Source: Candidatus Eiseniibacteriota bacterium (GTDB lineage: Bacteria > Eisenbacteria > RBG-16-71-46 > CAZAMP01). Taken from it: a stretch of DNA of 64,000 bases. Every line of letters begins with the position of its first letter. The first letter of the stretch is position 1. The DNA lies in NCBI GenBank assembly GCA_965224245.1, contig OZ245046.1:2304001-2368000 (forward strand). The letters are read 5' to 3'. Made by a program: the position numbers and the translations under genes. Under the pieces are notes generated by a model. That model did no database searches. It saw only the letters and a program-made list of their open reading frames with translations, and was not told the DNA's origin. Below are positions 47,622-57,361 of this stretch, in pieces.

Positions 47622-47850
47622 AACCTGTCGGCGACGCGAACCTGTCGGGGACGCGAACGGGTGACGGGCTTCATGCGGATCGCGAGGGCCACGCGACGCC
47701 GAGGGGACTGCGACCGTCACGCGCCGCCGAGACACTCGCCATCGTCGCCGGCGCCGAGAGGCTGACTCGGATCCCGACGCTCTCGAGACACTACGCGAAG
47801 GCATCACCCAGGGATGGCCCGTGAAGATCGTGATGGCCCGTGAGGATCAT
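47622..47850. repeat. two short tandem duplications (17 bp x2 at 47622-47655; 19 bp x2 at 47813-47850)
   Basis: AACCTGTCGG(C/G)GACGCG twice; GATGGCCCGTGA(A/G)GATC(G/A)T twice. Confidence 0.75.
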
Positions 47851-48038
47851 GATGCACGACGGTCTCGATCTGCCACGATGGTCGGCGGGGTCACCCGGTC
47901 GAACGAGCATCCACGTGTACCATGACGTAGCCCGGCGTCCGCGGTGCCCGAGCCTCCGGAGCATCGCTCACGCAAGCGACGTCTGCAGATGCCTCGGATG
48001 CACCGCTGGTCGGCCGTCTCCACCGAGCATCCCGCTCG

Positions 48039-49454
48039 TCAGGCATCGTCTCCGACGATGGCGCGGAGCGCCCGCGCCACGTCGATGGCCGATGTGATCC
48101 CGGCGCCGCGATCGCCGAGCCCCATGACGATCGGCTGGAGATCGCCCGGCATCTCGGCCCGGCCGTGCGATCCCCGGACGAGTGACGCGTCGAGCGGGAT
48201 CACGTCCAGGAGGGTCCGGAACCCGAGCTTCTTCTTGACGATGCGCGAGCCGACGGCCAGCTTCGGCGCCTTGAGCCGCGGATCCAGGAACAGCTCCACC
48301 GGGTCGTAGCCGGGCTTGCGGTGAATGTCCACGGTTCGCGCGAAGTCGGGCGCCACGCGGTCGTCGAGCCAGTAGTAGTACGTGAACCATGCGCCCGATC
48401 GCGCGACGGCCACGAGATCCCCCGCCCGCTCGTGGTCGAGACCCGCGTCGCGCTTGCCGTCGGCTCCGAGGACGCGCTCGATGTCGGGCTCGCCCGCCAG
48501 CAGACGCGCGACCGGCTCGACGTCGTGCGGATCGCGAACGTACACGTGCGCGACCTGGTGGTCGGCCACCGCGAACGCACGACTGGCCCCGGGATCGAGC
48601 ATCTCGAGCCCGTCCTCGACCCGCACTCGCACGAGCCCCTCCCGGCGGAGGAGTCGATTGACGTGGATCGGTGTGTCCACGGGCTCGATCCCGTACTCGG
48701 ACAGGATGACCGTGCGCACGCCGCGCGCGTCGTAGTGGGCCACGAGCTCCCCGAGCACGGCGTCCACCTCGGCCACGGCGTCGCGTGCCGGGGCGCCGTC
48801 GGGGCCGTGCTTCTGGAGCGCGTAGTCGAGGTGCGGCAGGTACACCAGCGACAGCGACGGCGCGTGCCACTCGTCCACCAGACGCGCCGCGTCCGCGATC
48901 CAGCGGGTGGACACGATGGATGCCCCCGGGCCCCAGAACTGGAACAGCGGGAACCGTCCCAGCCGCTCGGTCAGCCGATCGCGGAGCTCGGGCGGCTCGG
49001 CGTAGCAGTCGGGGATCTTGCGCCCGTCGGCCTTGTAGAGCGGGCGCGGCGTCACCGCCACGTCCACCGGCGCGTACATGTTGTACCACCAGAAGAGCTT
49101 CGCCACCGAGAAGCCCGATCGCTCGCGACGCGCGCGCTCCCAGAGCTTCTCGCCGTTCACGAGACGGTTCGACTGCTTCCAGAACCGGATCTCGGCCGAC
49201 TCGCGGTCGTACCAGCCGTTGCCGACGATGCCGTGCTCGCGCGCGGTGAGCCCGGTCAGGAGGGTGGACTGCGACGTGCACGTGACCGCCGGCAGCGGCG
49301 GCGTGAAGCGCGCGTGGCCGCGCTCGTCCCGGAACGCCCGCAGCACGCGCGTGTGCTCTCCGATCAGGCGATCGGACAGCGCCACGACGAGGATGACGGC
49401 GAGTCGGTCGGACATCTCTCTCTCCGTCCTCGATGCGGGTGCGTCCGCGGTCAT
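48039..49454 (-). CDS. eboF: alkaline phosphatase / nucleotide pyrophosphatase family, EboF-like
   Basis: PAVTCTSQST, HGIVGNGW, KLFWWYNM, FPLFQFWGP, LVYLPHLDY, AVADHQVAHVY, DIHRKPGYDP, RGSHG. TGATG overlap with the upstream gene. Confidence 0.85.
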   Translation of the reverse strand: MTADAPASRTEREMSDRLAVILVVALSDRLIGEHTRVLRAFRDERGHARFTPPLPAVTCTSQSTLLTGLTAREHGIVGNGWYDRESAEIRFWKQSNRLVNGEKLWERARRERSGFSVAKLFWWYNMYAPVDVAVTPRPLYKADGRKIPDCYAEPPELRDRLTERLGRFPLFQFWGPGASIVSTRWIADAARLVDEWHAPSLSLVYLPHLDYALQKHGPDGAPARDAVAEVDAVLGELVAHYDARGVRTVILSEYGIEPVDTPIHVNRLLRREGLVRVRVEDGLEMLDPGASRAFAVADHQVAHVYVRDPHDVEPVARLLAGEPDIERVLGADGKRDAGLDHERAGDLVAVARSGAWFTYYYWLDDRVAPDFARTVDIHRKPGYDPVELFLDPRLKAPKLAVGSRIVKKKLGFRTLLDVIPLDASLVRGSHGRAEMPGDLQPIVMGLGDRGAGITSAIDVARALRAIVGDDA

Positions 49455-51193
49455 CACTCCCGGAAGCGATGCGCGAAGTGCCAGCGGAGCCGCGCGTCGA
49501 TCTGCCAGCCGTCGGCGCCGAGATCGGTGCCGGCGGCGTCGCGCCACGGGCCGCTGCGATCGATGCGCGCGGCGCTCAGCTCGACGTCGGCGCGACCGGC
49601 CAGCGGCATCGCGACGTCGGTCCGGCTCCACGTGACGCGGGCGACGCGCTCGCGTGCAACGTCCCCGGTGATCCAGTCCTTGTCCTTCTTCTCGAGCCCG
49701 AAGAACCCGATCTCGTCGCCGCGCCGACCGTCGACGAGCCCCCAGCGCGCCTGCTCGAGCTCCAGCGCGATCATCCCCCGCGTGCGCGGAATCGGCATCC
49801 GGAACGCGACGTACACGTCGTCGGCGTTCGGTCCCAGCCAGTGTCCGAGGAGCCGTCCCTCGCCGCCCAGGAGATCGTCGCGCACCAACGCGCGGCGGAT
49901 GTCCCGATCGTGGTGGAAGTACACCTGCGGATCCAGGTGCGCGAGCTCGACGTCGAGATCGGCGCCGGAGATCCCGAACGGGTTCGCCCAGCGCACCCCG
50001 ACGAGCTCCGCGAAGCTCGAGATGCCGGCCTCGTCCCCGTCCTCCGCGGCGTCCAGCACCACGAGCCGATCCAGCAGGAACTCGCCGTAGATCGTGAACG
50101 GTCGCAGGCCGACGCTGGCGTCGAGGCCGGCCACCTTCTTGTCGTCGGTGCCGGACTGATCGTAGATGTCCTGCGTCATCGCCAGGAGCACGCCCACCGG
50201 GTTCACGTACGCGAGGTCGATCCCGCGGCCCCCGTACGCCGCCGCCTCGTACAGCCCGAGGGTGACCCGTCCCGGCAAGCGCACCTCGAGCCGGTGCATT
50301 GCCACGTACGCGTCGCCGGGCACGTGGACCTCGGTGCTGTCCGGTGGGAACTTCTCGCCGGGGATGACGCTCGGCGGATCGGGTCCCCGCTGGGTCTGCG
50401 CGAACAGGCTCGTCAACGACACACGCCGCGTTCGGAGGTGTACGGACAGACCGTCCAGCGGATACGGGTTCTCGCTCAGGAAGAGTCCGCCGCGCCGACC
50501 GGTGCCCCAGCGCCGATCCTCGCGCCCGAAGCGCACCTCGGCCCACGACGTCGCGTAGAACAGCACCGCGCGGTCCAGACGGATCGACGGATCGATGGTC
50601 ACCCGATCGACGGCGGTGGGCAGGTTGTCGACCCAGGCCCGCGAGTCGGGGCGTCGCTTGAAGCGACCGTAGTCGGCGTAGAGACCCAGCTGCGCCCCGA
50701 ACGACCGTCGCACCTGAGCGTCGAGGCTCAGCTCGAAGAGGCCGCGGCGACGGGGACGCCGATCCACGAGCATCACCGAGTCGACGGTGGCCGGTCCCCC
50801 GAAGAACTCGATCGCGGCGCCGGCCTCCCACAGCACCCGCGGCGCCCCACCGGCGCCCCGGGGAACGTCGGACGGTGCAGCCGCGCCATCGGTGTCCGGC
50901 GTCCACGCATCGGCGTGGGCGGCGAGCCGCGCGAGGCGCCCGCGATCGCCGGCTCCCGCCGCCGGGTCGAGCGCGATGGACGCGATCGCATCGCGGAGGT
51001 CGCGGCGGCTCATCGGGCGCATCGCGAGCGCGCCGTCCCAGGCCCCGAGCGCGCGGAAGTGCTCGAGATGGTCGTATACCTCGTGTTCGGGCTCGACCCG
51101 GTGGATCTCCTGGGCATGCGCCCAGCCGGGAGCCGAGAAGACGATCGCCATCGCGATCCGAGTGCGTCGTCCGACACGATCCACCACGCGCAA
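49454..51193 (-). CDS. capsule assembly Wzi-like outer-membrane beta-barrel
   Basis: GGAGG RBS and TTG 51193; signal ..AHAQ; FGREDRRWGTG..GLFLSEN, HRLE, LGLYEA, YVNP, YGEFLLD, LGHWLGPNAD. Confidence 0.7.
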   Translation of the reverse strand: MRVVDRVGRRTRIAMAIVFSAPGWAHAQEIHRVEPEHEVYDHLEHFRALGAWDGALAMRPMSRRDLRDAIASIALDPAAGAGDRGRLARLAAHADAWTPDTDGAAAPSDVPRGAGGAPRVLWEAGAAIEFFGGPATVDSVMLVDRRPRRRGLFELSLDAQVRRSFGAQLGLYADYGRFKRRPDSRAWVDNLPTAVDRVTIDPSIRLDRAVLFYATSWAEVRFGREDRRWGTGRRGGLFLSENPYPLDGLSVHLRTRRVSLTSLFAQTQRGPDPPSVIPGEKFPPDSTEVHVPGDAYVAMHRLEVRLPGRVTLGLYEAAAYGGRGIDLAYVNPVGVLLAMTQDIYDQSGTDDKKVAGLDASVGLRPFTIYGEFLLDRLVVLDAAEDGDEAGISSFAELVGVRWANPFGISGADLDVELAHLDPQVYFHHDRDIRRALVRDDLLGGEGRLLGHWLGPNADDVYVAFRMPIPRTRGMIALELEQARWGLVDGRRGDEIGFFGLEKKDKDWITGDVARERVARVTWSRTDVAMPLAGRADVELSAARIDRSGPWRDAAGTDLGADGWQIDARLRWHFAHRFRE

Positions 51194-51254
51194 GCGTCGC
51201 CCTCCGGGGTTCGGGAGTCCTCGGTCGACCGTGGGGCCGGCCGAACGCGGCGGC

Positions 51255-51283
51255 ATTCTAGTGGAGCGCGATGGCGGCGACAA
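51255..51283 (-). promoter_or_regulatory. putative internal sigma70 promoter TTGTCG-N17-TAGAAT for wzi-like/eboF
   Basis: Lies in the eboC-wzi gap with exact 17-nt spacing. Confidence 0.5.
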
Positions 51284-51345
51284 ATCGCGGTCCCGGGCGC
51301 GAACGATCGGCCACGGCACCGCGCCCGGCGATCGTGCGGGATCGA

Positions 51346-52242
51346 CTACGTGCCGGCGATCCGGCGCTGCGCGAGTCGTGCGGCGGCGAACAGCCCGACC
51401 GCGGCGCCCGCAAAGCCGGTGTGTCCCAGTCGCGCGAGGACGAGCGCGTCCAGAAGGCAGAAGCCCGCGATCCACGCGGTCACCGCATCGCGCGTCCGTG
51501 CCGGAGACGATCGAGCCCGGCGCGCGGCGATCCAGAGCCACACGAGGCTCGCGATCGTGAGCACGGCAGTCGCCGGCGCCAAGCCCTGACGGTTGGGCAC
51601 CGCGATGGACAGGGCCAGCGGCGCCAGCATCGGGGCAAACGGCGTCAGGGACGCCGAGCCCCGCGCCGCTCGCTCGTGCTCGTGGCGCGCGACCACGGTC
51701 AGCCCCACCGTGTACGCGAGCACGATCAGCGCCACCGGTACGATGGGGGCGGCGAACGGCCCGTGGGTGGCGGCGTCCGCGCCGACGATCGCGGCCGCGA
51801 CGGGATACACGAGCGCGCGGCAGAGCCCCATGATCCACACCGCATGGGACCATCGCTTGTGCACGAGATCGTAGGTGATGATGGCCGCCGCGAGCCCCAT
51901 CGCGAGCGCGGCCGCGGCGACCGAGGCCGACGCGGCCGCGAGCACGCCCGCACCGAGGAGCATGCCCCCGAGACCGGCGGCCGCTCGACGTCCGATGCGG
52001 CCGGACGGGATCGGTCGGCGCGGGTTGGCCTCGCGGTCGAAGTCCGCGTCGACCACGTCGTTCAGGACCATGCCGCCGACGTACAGGCACGCCACGGACA
52101 CCAGAGCCACCGCCAGCGATCCGGGCGCGGGCCGGGCGTCGGCGATCAGCGCGCCGACGAGCACGTTCGTCAGGACCGTGGGCAGATTGGAGACACGGGC
52201 CAGCTCCGCCACCGGCGCCGCGTAGCGGAGGGATCTGGTCAT
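51346..52242 (-). CDS. eboC: UbiA-family prenyltransferase, EboC-like
   Basis: RVSNLPTV, LYVGGMVLNDVVDADFD...RPIPSG, YD..HK, MGLCR; many TMs. Confidence 0.85.
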   Translation of the reverse strand: MTRSLRYAAPVAELARVSNLPTVLTNVLVGALIADARPAPGSLAVALVSVACLYVGGMVLNDVVDADFDREANPRRPIPSGRIGRRAAAGLGGMLLGAGVLAAASASVAAAALAMGLAAAIITYDLVHKRWSHAVWIMGLCRALVYPVAAAIVGADAATHGPFAAPIVPVALIVLAYTVGLTVVARHEHERAARGSASLTPFAPMLAPLALSIAVPNRQGLAPATAVLTIASLVWLWIAARRARSSPARTRDAVTAWIAGFCLLDALVLARLGHTGFAGAAVGLFAAARLAQRRIAGT

Positions 52243-53390
52243 GCGGGTCCGATGGCGTCTCGCACCCAGGTCATCTCGGCCGCGATGGCGCTGTCGAGAT
52301 CCGCGGCGCGGTACGCCTCGGGCAGGACGTTCCATGCGTACGTCTCGACCTCGAAGTGCCGCGTCCCGTGGTGCACGAGGGCGGTCTCGATCGCATCGGC
52401 GATCTCCGACTGCGTGGTCCCGAGGATGCCCAGCGTGGACGCGAACACCGGGACGTGGAAGTGCACGCGCACCTCCGATCCCGACTCCATCGACGTCATC
52501 GGCCCCGTGGCCAGCGGGAGATCGTCGAAGAACTCCCGGCGTCCCTGGGCCTCGATCATGGTCTGGTGCAGGTAGCGATCCTCCGCGAAGTCGGAGAGCG
52601 CGGCCACCACGAGGCCCTCCTCGTCCAGCGTGGCCCGGATCGCCGACGAGATCTGGACCTTGCCCACGACGATCCCCGCCCGCGCGAGGTGCTCGATCAC
52701 CTCGGCCTGCGGCTCGAACATGACCGCGGCGTGGCACACGTCGTGACAGACGCGGATGTACCGGCGCACGGTGCGCTCGTCGCCCACCCGGAACAGGTAC
52801 TCGTGGAAGAACGTCACCACGTCCCGCACGGTGTCGAGCACGCAGCCGGGCTCGGGCTCGAGATCCAGGTGGATCGTGCGCCCGGTCTCGGCCTCGACGA
52901 GCGCCAGGTGCGCGGCCATCGCGACCAGGCGCCGCGAGGCCATCTCGAGCCCGGCGGGGGTCACGTCGCCGCGCCAGCCCACGGGCAACGTGGAGATGCT
53001 GCCCTCTTCCCCCTCGGGCAAGAGTGCGGCCAGCACGGCCACCAGCTCGCGCGTGTAGACCTCGCGAGCCTCCTCGGTCCAGTTCGGGCGGTAGACGTCG
53101 TGCTTGACCCGGCGGCCGTGGAAGTCGCCATACGGAAACCCGTTGATCGTGTACGCGATCAGGCCGCTGGACCCGAGCGTCTCGGTGAGCTCGCGCGCGC
53201 GACGAGCCCCGTCACGCGCGGCCGAGGCCGAGAGCCAGATCCCGATGGCCAGGCCGTCGGACGCCTCGATGTGCCGGCGCACACCGGCGCCGTGCCGGGC
53301 CAGGTTGGCCAGCGTCTCGGTCCACGTCGGCCCCTCGTGGACGTTCGTGCAGTACCCGAGGCGGGTGCCCGGTCCGAGTGCGTCTTTCAT
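52239..53390 (-). CDS. eboE: EboE (xylose isomerase-like TIM barrel)
   Basis: [65 protein letters not shown]. Confidence 0.9.
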   Translation of the reverse strand: MKDALGPGTRLGYCTNVHEGPTWTETLANLARHGAGVRRHIEASDGLAIGIWLSASAARDGARRARELTETLGSSGLIAYTINGFPYGDFHGRRVKHDVYRPNWTEEAREVYTRELVAVLAALLPEGEEGSISTLPVGWRGDVTPAGLEMASRRLVAMAAHLALVEAETGRTIHLDLEPEPGCVLDTVRDVVTFFHEYLFRVGDERTVRRYIRVCHDVCHAAVMFEPQAEVIEHLARAGIVVGKVQISSAIRATLDEEGLVVAALSDFAEDRYLHQTMIEAQGRREFFDDLPLATGPMTSMESGSEVRVHFHVPVFASTLGILGTTQSEIADAIETALVHHGTRHFEVETYAWNVLPEAYRAADLDSAIAAEMTWVRDAIGPA

Positions 53391-54190
53391 GAGGCGTGGA
53401 ACTTCCCCGACTGCGACAGAAAGTGAAGGGGGTTCTCGTACGAGATCCGCGAGATGATCGCGTCGGGGTGACCGCGACGGCGCATCTCGCGCTGGCACTT
53501 CGGGACCGCCAGCGGATCGGACGGCCCCCAGTCGCCCGCCGAGTTGATCCACAGCCGCTCGGGGCCGACCGTCTCGATGATGTCGGCCGCGCGCTGGGGC
53601 GTGCACTTCGTGTCGGGATAGAGCGTCATGCCCGCCCAGAAGCCGCGGTCGAGGACGTCGGCGACCGTGTGCTCCTCCACGTGGTCGATGAGCACGCGTC
53701 CGGGATCGATCGCCGCGTTCGCGGCCACGCAGTCCATGATCAGGCGCGTGCCCTTTCGCTTGTCCTCGAGGTGCGGCGTGTGCACGAGGATCAGCTGATC
53801 GTGCGCGGCCGCGATCGCGATCTGCTCCTCCAGGATCGTCATCTCGTTCCGGCTGTTCTTGTTCAGCCCGATCTCGCCCACGCCGATCACGTTGGGGCGG
53901 CTCAGGAACTCGGGGATGATGGCCAGCACCTCGCGCGCGAAGCCGACGTCCTCGGCCTCCTTGGGATTGATGCAGATCCACGCGTGATGCCGGATGCCGT
54001 ACTGCGCGGCGCGCGCCGGCTCCTGCTCGGTGAGATGACGGAAGTAGTCGTGGAAGCCCTTGGCCGAGCTGCGATCGAAGCCGGCCCAGAACGCCGGCTC
54101 GGTGATCGCGACGCACCCCGCGTGGGCCATCCGCTCGTAGTCGTCGGTGGTGCGCGAGACCATGTGGATGTGAGGGTCGATGTACTTCAC
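53387..54190 (-). CDS. eboB: TatD-family hydrolase, EboB-like
   Basis: [47 protein letters not shown]. Confidence 0.9.
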   Translation of the reverse strand: MKYIDPHIHMVSRTTDDYERMAHAGCVAITEPAFWAGFDRSSAKGFHDYFRHLTEQEPARAAQYGIRHHAWICINPKEAEDVGFAREVLAIIPEFLSRPNVIGVGEIGLNKNSRNEMTILEEQIAIAAAHDQLILVHTPHLEDKRKGTRLIMDCVAANAAIDPGRVLIDHVEEHTVADVLDRGFWAGMTLYPDTKCTPQRAADIIETVGPERLWINSAGDWGPSDPLAVPKCQREMRRRGHPDAIISRISYENPLHFLSQSGKFHAS

Positions 54191-54564
54191 GAGCCGTCTC
54201 CCGGCCAGGCGCCGTGCGCGCCCTTCATCCCCGCAGCGGACGGGATCGGATCGGGGGTGGGATCGCTGAACACGTCGAGCACCCGGCGGGCGCGCTCGCC
54301 CGATCCGTCGTCGAGGAGCGCCAGCGCACGCCGGAACGCGGCGACCCGGAAGTCCTCCCCGGCGCCGGCGGTATCCGCCGCGCCGGCGGTATCCGCCGCG
54401 CCGGCGGCATCGGCGGCGCCGACTACCTCGGCCGCGCCGACTACGTCGGCGGCGCGATCGAGTCGATCCAGGAACGCGGCCACGTCGATCAGCTTCGCGC
54501 GATGCTCCAGGAAGTAGGCGTCGAGAATCTGGGCCGTCGTCATCGGGCACCGACCACCGGACAT
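54187..54564 (-). CDS. small hypothetical protein in the ebo cluster
   Basis: [32 protein letters not shown]...DFR...RA..L.VFSD; GTGA overlap with eboB. Confidence 0.75.
   Translation of the reverse strand: MSGGRCPMTTAQILDAYFLEHRAKLIDVAAFLDRLDRAADVVGAAEVVGAADAAGAADTAGAADTAGAGEDFRVAAFRRALALLDDGSGERARRVLDVFSDPTPDPIPSAAGMKGAHGAWPGDGS
54362..54451. repeat. 18-bp in-frame tandem repeat, 5 copies (AAD[VAT][VA]G-like)
   Basis: GCGCCGGCGGTATCCGCC-like units at 54362+18n. Confidence 0.85.
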
Positions 54565-54592
54565 GTTGCCTCCCGCCGGAACCGGGTGAACC

Positions 54593-55726
54593 TCAGGCCG
54601 CGCGCGCCAGCGAGCGCATCGCGTCGATCATCAGGCCGTGATCGATCTCACCCACGTCGACGGGCCGTCCGATGCCCTCGAGCAGCATGATCGACAGCGC
54701 GCCGCCCAGATGCTCCCGGAACTCCTCGAGTCCGGCGAGCACCGCCGCGGGCTCGGCCAGAGCCGGATGGTACAGCGAAAAGCCGAGCGCTTCGAGACAC
54801 TCCCGAATGCGAGCGCCCTCGGCCGGAGCGAGGAGCCCGGCCCGCTCGGAGTAGGCCACGTCGAGCGCGATGCCGATCGCGACCGCGGCGCCGTGGGACA
54901 GCGCGTAGCCGGTGACGGTCTCCAGACGGTGGGCGGCCCAGTGCCCGAAGTCCAGTGGACGGGAGTCCGTCAGCTCGAACGGGTCGCCGCCCTCGGTGAT
55001 GTGATCGAAGTGCAACCGGGCCGAGGCCTCCAGGAGTGGCCCCGCCGTGTCGAGATCGCGCGCGAGAATCGCGGGAGCGGCCCCTTCGACGCGCTCGAAG
55101 AGCGTTCGGTCCTTGATCAGCGCGACCTTCACGACCTCGCTGAAGCCCGAGCGCCAGGGCTCGTCGGGCAGCGACGTCAGGAGCTCGAGATCGTTCACGA
55201 CCGCCCAGGGCGGGGCGAACGTGCCGATGAAGTTCTTCTTTCCGAACGCGTTGATGCCGTTCTTGACCCCCACGCCCGAGTCGCACTGCGAGAGCGTGGT
55301 GCTGGGGACGCGAACCAGGCGAACCCCCCGGTGCGCGATGGACGCCGCAAAGCCGACCGTGTCGAGCACGGCCCCCCCGCCGACCGCGAGCACGGTCGAC
55401 CGGCGGCAGATGCCGGCGGCGTCCAGCGTGGTCAGGATCCGTTCGAGAGCGGAGCGGTCGTTCTTGATCGCCTCGCCCCCCGGCACGATCACGGGCGCCA
55501 CCGGCACGTCGACGCGCGAGGCGTGACGGTCGAGATAGGTCGCCAGCGCGCCGGTCAGCTCCGGCCGCGCCGCGGCGAGACCGCCGTCGACGAACGCGGC
55601 GACGCGGGCCCGATCCCGTCCGCCCGCGTCCAGAACGGACGCAAGCGTGGCGTTCGACGCCCCGAACACGTCGCGCGTGGTCAGGAGGCGATGACTGAAG
55701 CGGATCGAGAAACGCTGTTCGAGCAT
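54593..55726 (-). CDS. eboD: 3-dehydroquinate synthase-like sugar-phosphate cyclase, EboD-like
   Basis: PGGEAIKN, GGGAVLD, PSTTLSQCDSGVGVKNGIN, KVALIKD, RPLDFGHWAAH, HGAAVAIG, GLEEFREHLGG. Confidence 0.88.
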   Translation of the reverse strand: MLEQRFSIRFSHRLLTTRDVFGASNATLASVLDAGGRDRARVAAFVDGGLAAARPELTGALATYLDRHASRVDVPVAPVIVPGGEAIKNDRSALERILTTLDAAGICRRSTVLAVGGGAVLDTVGFAASIAHRGVRLVRVPSTTLSQCDSGVGVKNGINAFGKKNFIGTFAPPWAVVNDLELLTSLPDEPWRSGFSEVVKVALIKDRTLFERVEGAAPAILARDLDTAGPLLEASARLHFDHITEGGDPFELTDSRPLDFGHWAAHRLETVTGYALSHGAAVAIGIALDVAYSERAGLLAPAEGARIRECLEALGFSLYHPALAEPAAVLAGLEEFREHLGGALSIMLLEGIGRPVDVGEIDHGLMIDAMRSLARAA

Positions 55727-55932
55727 GGCGTCGATGCACTTGGTTGGCGAGTGGTGGGGACCGTCCGGCCGAATCAACGAGGTTCTAGCATACGGGAGCG
55801 GACGCCATCGCGCCAAGCGAGGCACGACGGGACCCGTGTAAACGGTCCGTAAAATACCCCCCGACAAGGAGTTGCCGACACCCGAGCCCGTGCGCTAGCC
55901 TGGATGACGTCATCCACGAAGGAGAGGTTCGC

Positions 55933-57312
55933 GTGCGCTGCAGCTCCCGTCGGTCGATCGCGATCGGTCTCGTCGTCCTCGCCGGCGCCGCCTGCCACGC
56001 GGGCTCCCGCGCGGGGGACGTCGCGATCGACGCGCGCGACGTCACCGCTCGAGGGGTTCCCGAGGGCGCCCTCATGCTCCAGCTCCTGGCCACCGCGCGA
56101 GTCGACGGCCAGGTACTGCCCTGCGGCTGAAAGGGCAACCGGGGCGGGTTGGCCCGGCGGGCCACCCTCATCGACTCGCTTCGGGCGGCGAACCCGAACA
56201 CGATCGTCGTGGATGCCGGCAACTTCAGCGACAACACGACGGGCACCGGCCTGCCCCTCAGCCAGTTCATCTGCGAGGTGTACGATCGGCTCGGCTACGA
56301 CGCGATCTGCCTGGGCCCGACCGACCTCCTGCACGGGCTCGACGCGTTCCACGTGGAGACGCCGATCGTGATGTCGAACGTCGAGGTCCGCGACGGCGAC
56401 TCGACGCGGCCCGCGTTCGAGCGCCATGCGATGCGCACGCTGCCCGGCGGTCTGCGCGTCGGCATCTTCGGGCTCCTGACCCAGGACCTCCCGCTGACCG
56501 TGCTCGACGCCGCCCCCGACATCGTCGTGAACGACCCCTTCGCCGTGACCGAGGAGATGCTCGACACCCTGGACCGCGAGGGCGCGGATCTCGTGGTGCT
56601 CCTGTCGCAGCTCGAGAACGCCCTGACCGACTCGGTCCTGGCCCGGAACCCGCGCATCGACGCCGCCGTGTGCGGGAGCACCACGGCCCGCCACCCGCGA
56701 CGGGCCCCGGAGGCGCTCGACGCCCGGGTCCTCTACCCCGTCTCGCGGGCCCCGAGCCTGGCCCACCTGACCCTGACCGTGTCACCCGAGGGCGACGTCC
56801 TCGACGCCGTCGCCACCGAGACCGACGTTCGTCACGCGCTCGTGCCCGATCGCGAGCTCGAGGCTCGCATGTCCGAGCTCTTCGTCGAGCTTCGCGAGCT
56901 TCGGGCCGAGACGATCGCGTCCCTCGTGACCGAGGCCGGCGGCGAGGACGCGGCCGACCGGTACGTCGGGTACGACGAGTGCGCGCAGTGCCACGTGCGC
57001 GAGCACGAGATCTGGAAGGGCTCGCCCCACGCGGGTGCGTATCGGACCCTGATCGAGCTGGGGCTCTCGGAGAACGTGGACTGCCTTCGCTGCCACGTGG
57101 TCGGCTACGGCCGGGAAGGCGGCTTCCGATCCGGGTCGGCCGAGCCCGATCTGGGCGGCGTGCAATGCGAGAGCTGCCACGGGATGGGATCGAAGCACTT
57201 CGAGCCGATCCCCGAGCATCGGCTGGAGGGCCTGTGCGTGAGATGTCACGATCAGGAGAACTCGCCCGACTTCGACCTCGACGTCTACCTCGAGCAGATC
57301 CGGCACTGGTAG
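55933..57312 (+). CDS. candidate selenoprotein: UshA/5'-nucleotidase-like domain (CxU) fused to tetraheme cytochrome c (c554-like); probable lipoprotein
   Basis: ORFs 55933-56130 and 56149-57312 share one frame. TGA 56128-56130 falls in PCG*KGNRGGLARRAT. Four CxxCH motifs (CAQCH, CLRCH, CESCH, CVRCH). Confidence 0.8.
56146..56167 (+). promoter_or_regulatory. putative bacterial SECIS hairpin
   Basis: GGGT-(T bulge)-GGCCC-GGC-GGGCC-ACCC: 9 bp stem, bulged U, G-led loop, starting 16 nt after the UGA. Confidence 0.6.
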
Positions 57313-57361
57313 CGCGCGCTCGCCGGCCCCTCGACGCCCGCGCGATCGCGGCGCCTCGACC

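Noticed and set aside
54593-55726. Housekeeping aroB
   Set aside because: RPLDFGHWAAH and EEFREHLGG signatures plus the ebo context indicate the EboD subfamily.
56128-56130. Simple nonsense mutation or alternative genetic code
   Set aside because: TGA is the normal stop for many genes here. Its position in a CxU motif with a downstream hairpin favours Sec, though a pseudogene cannot be excluded without genome context.
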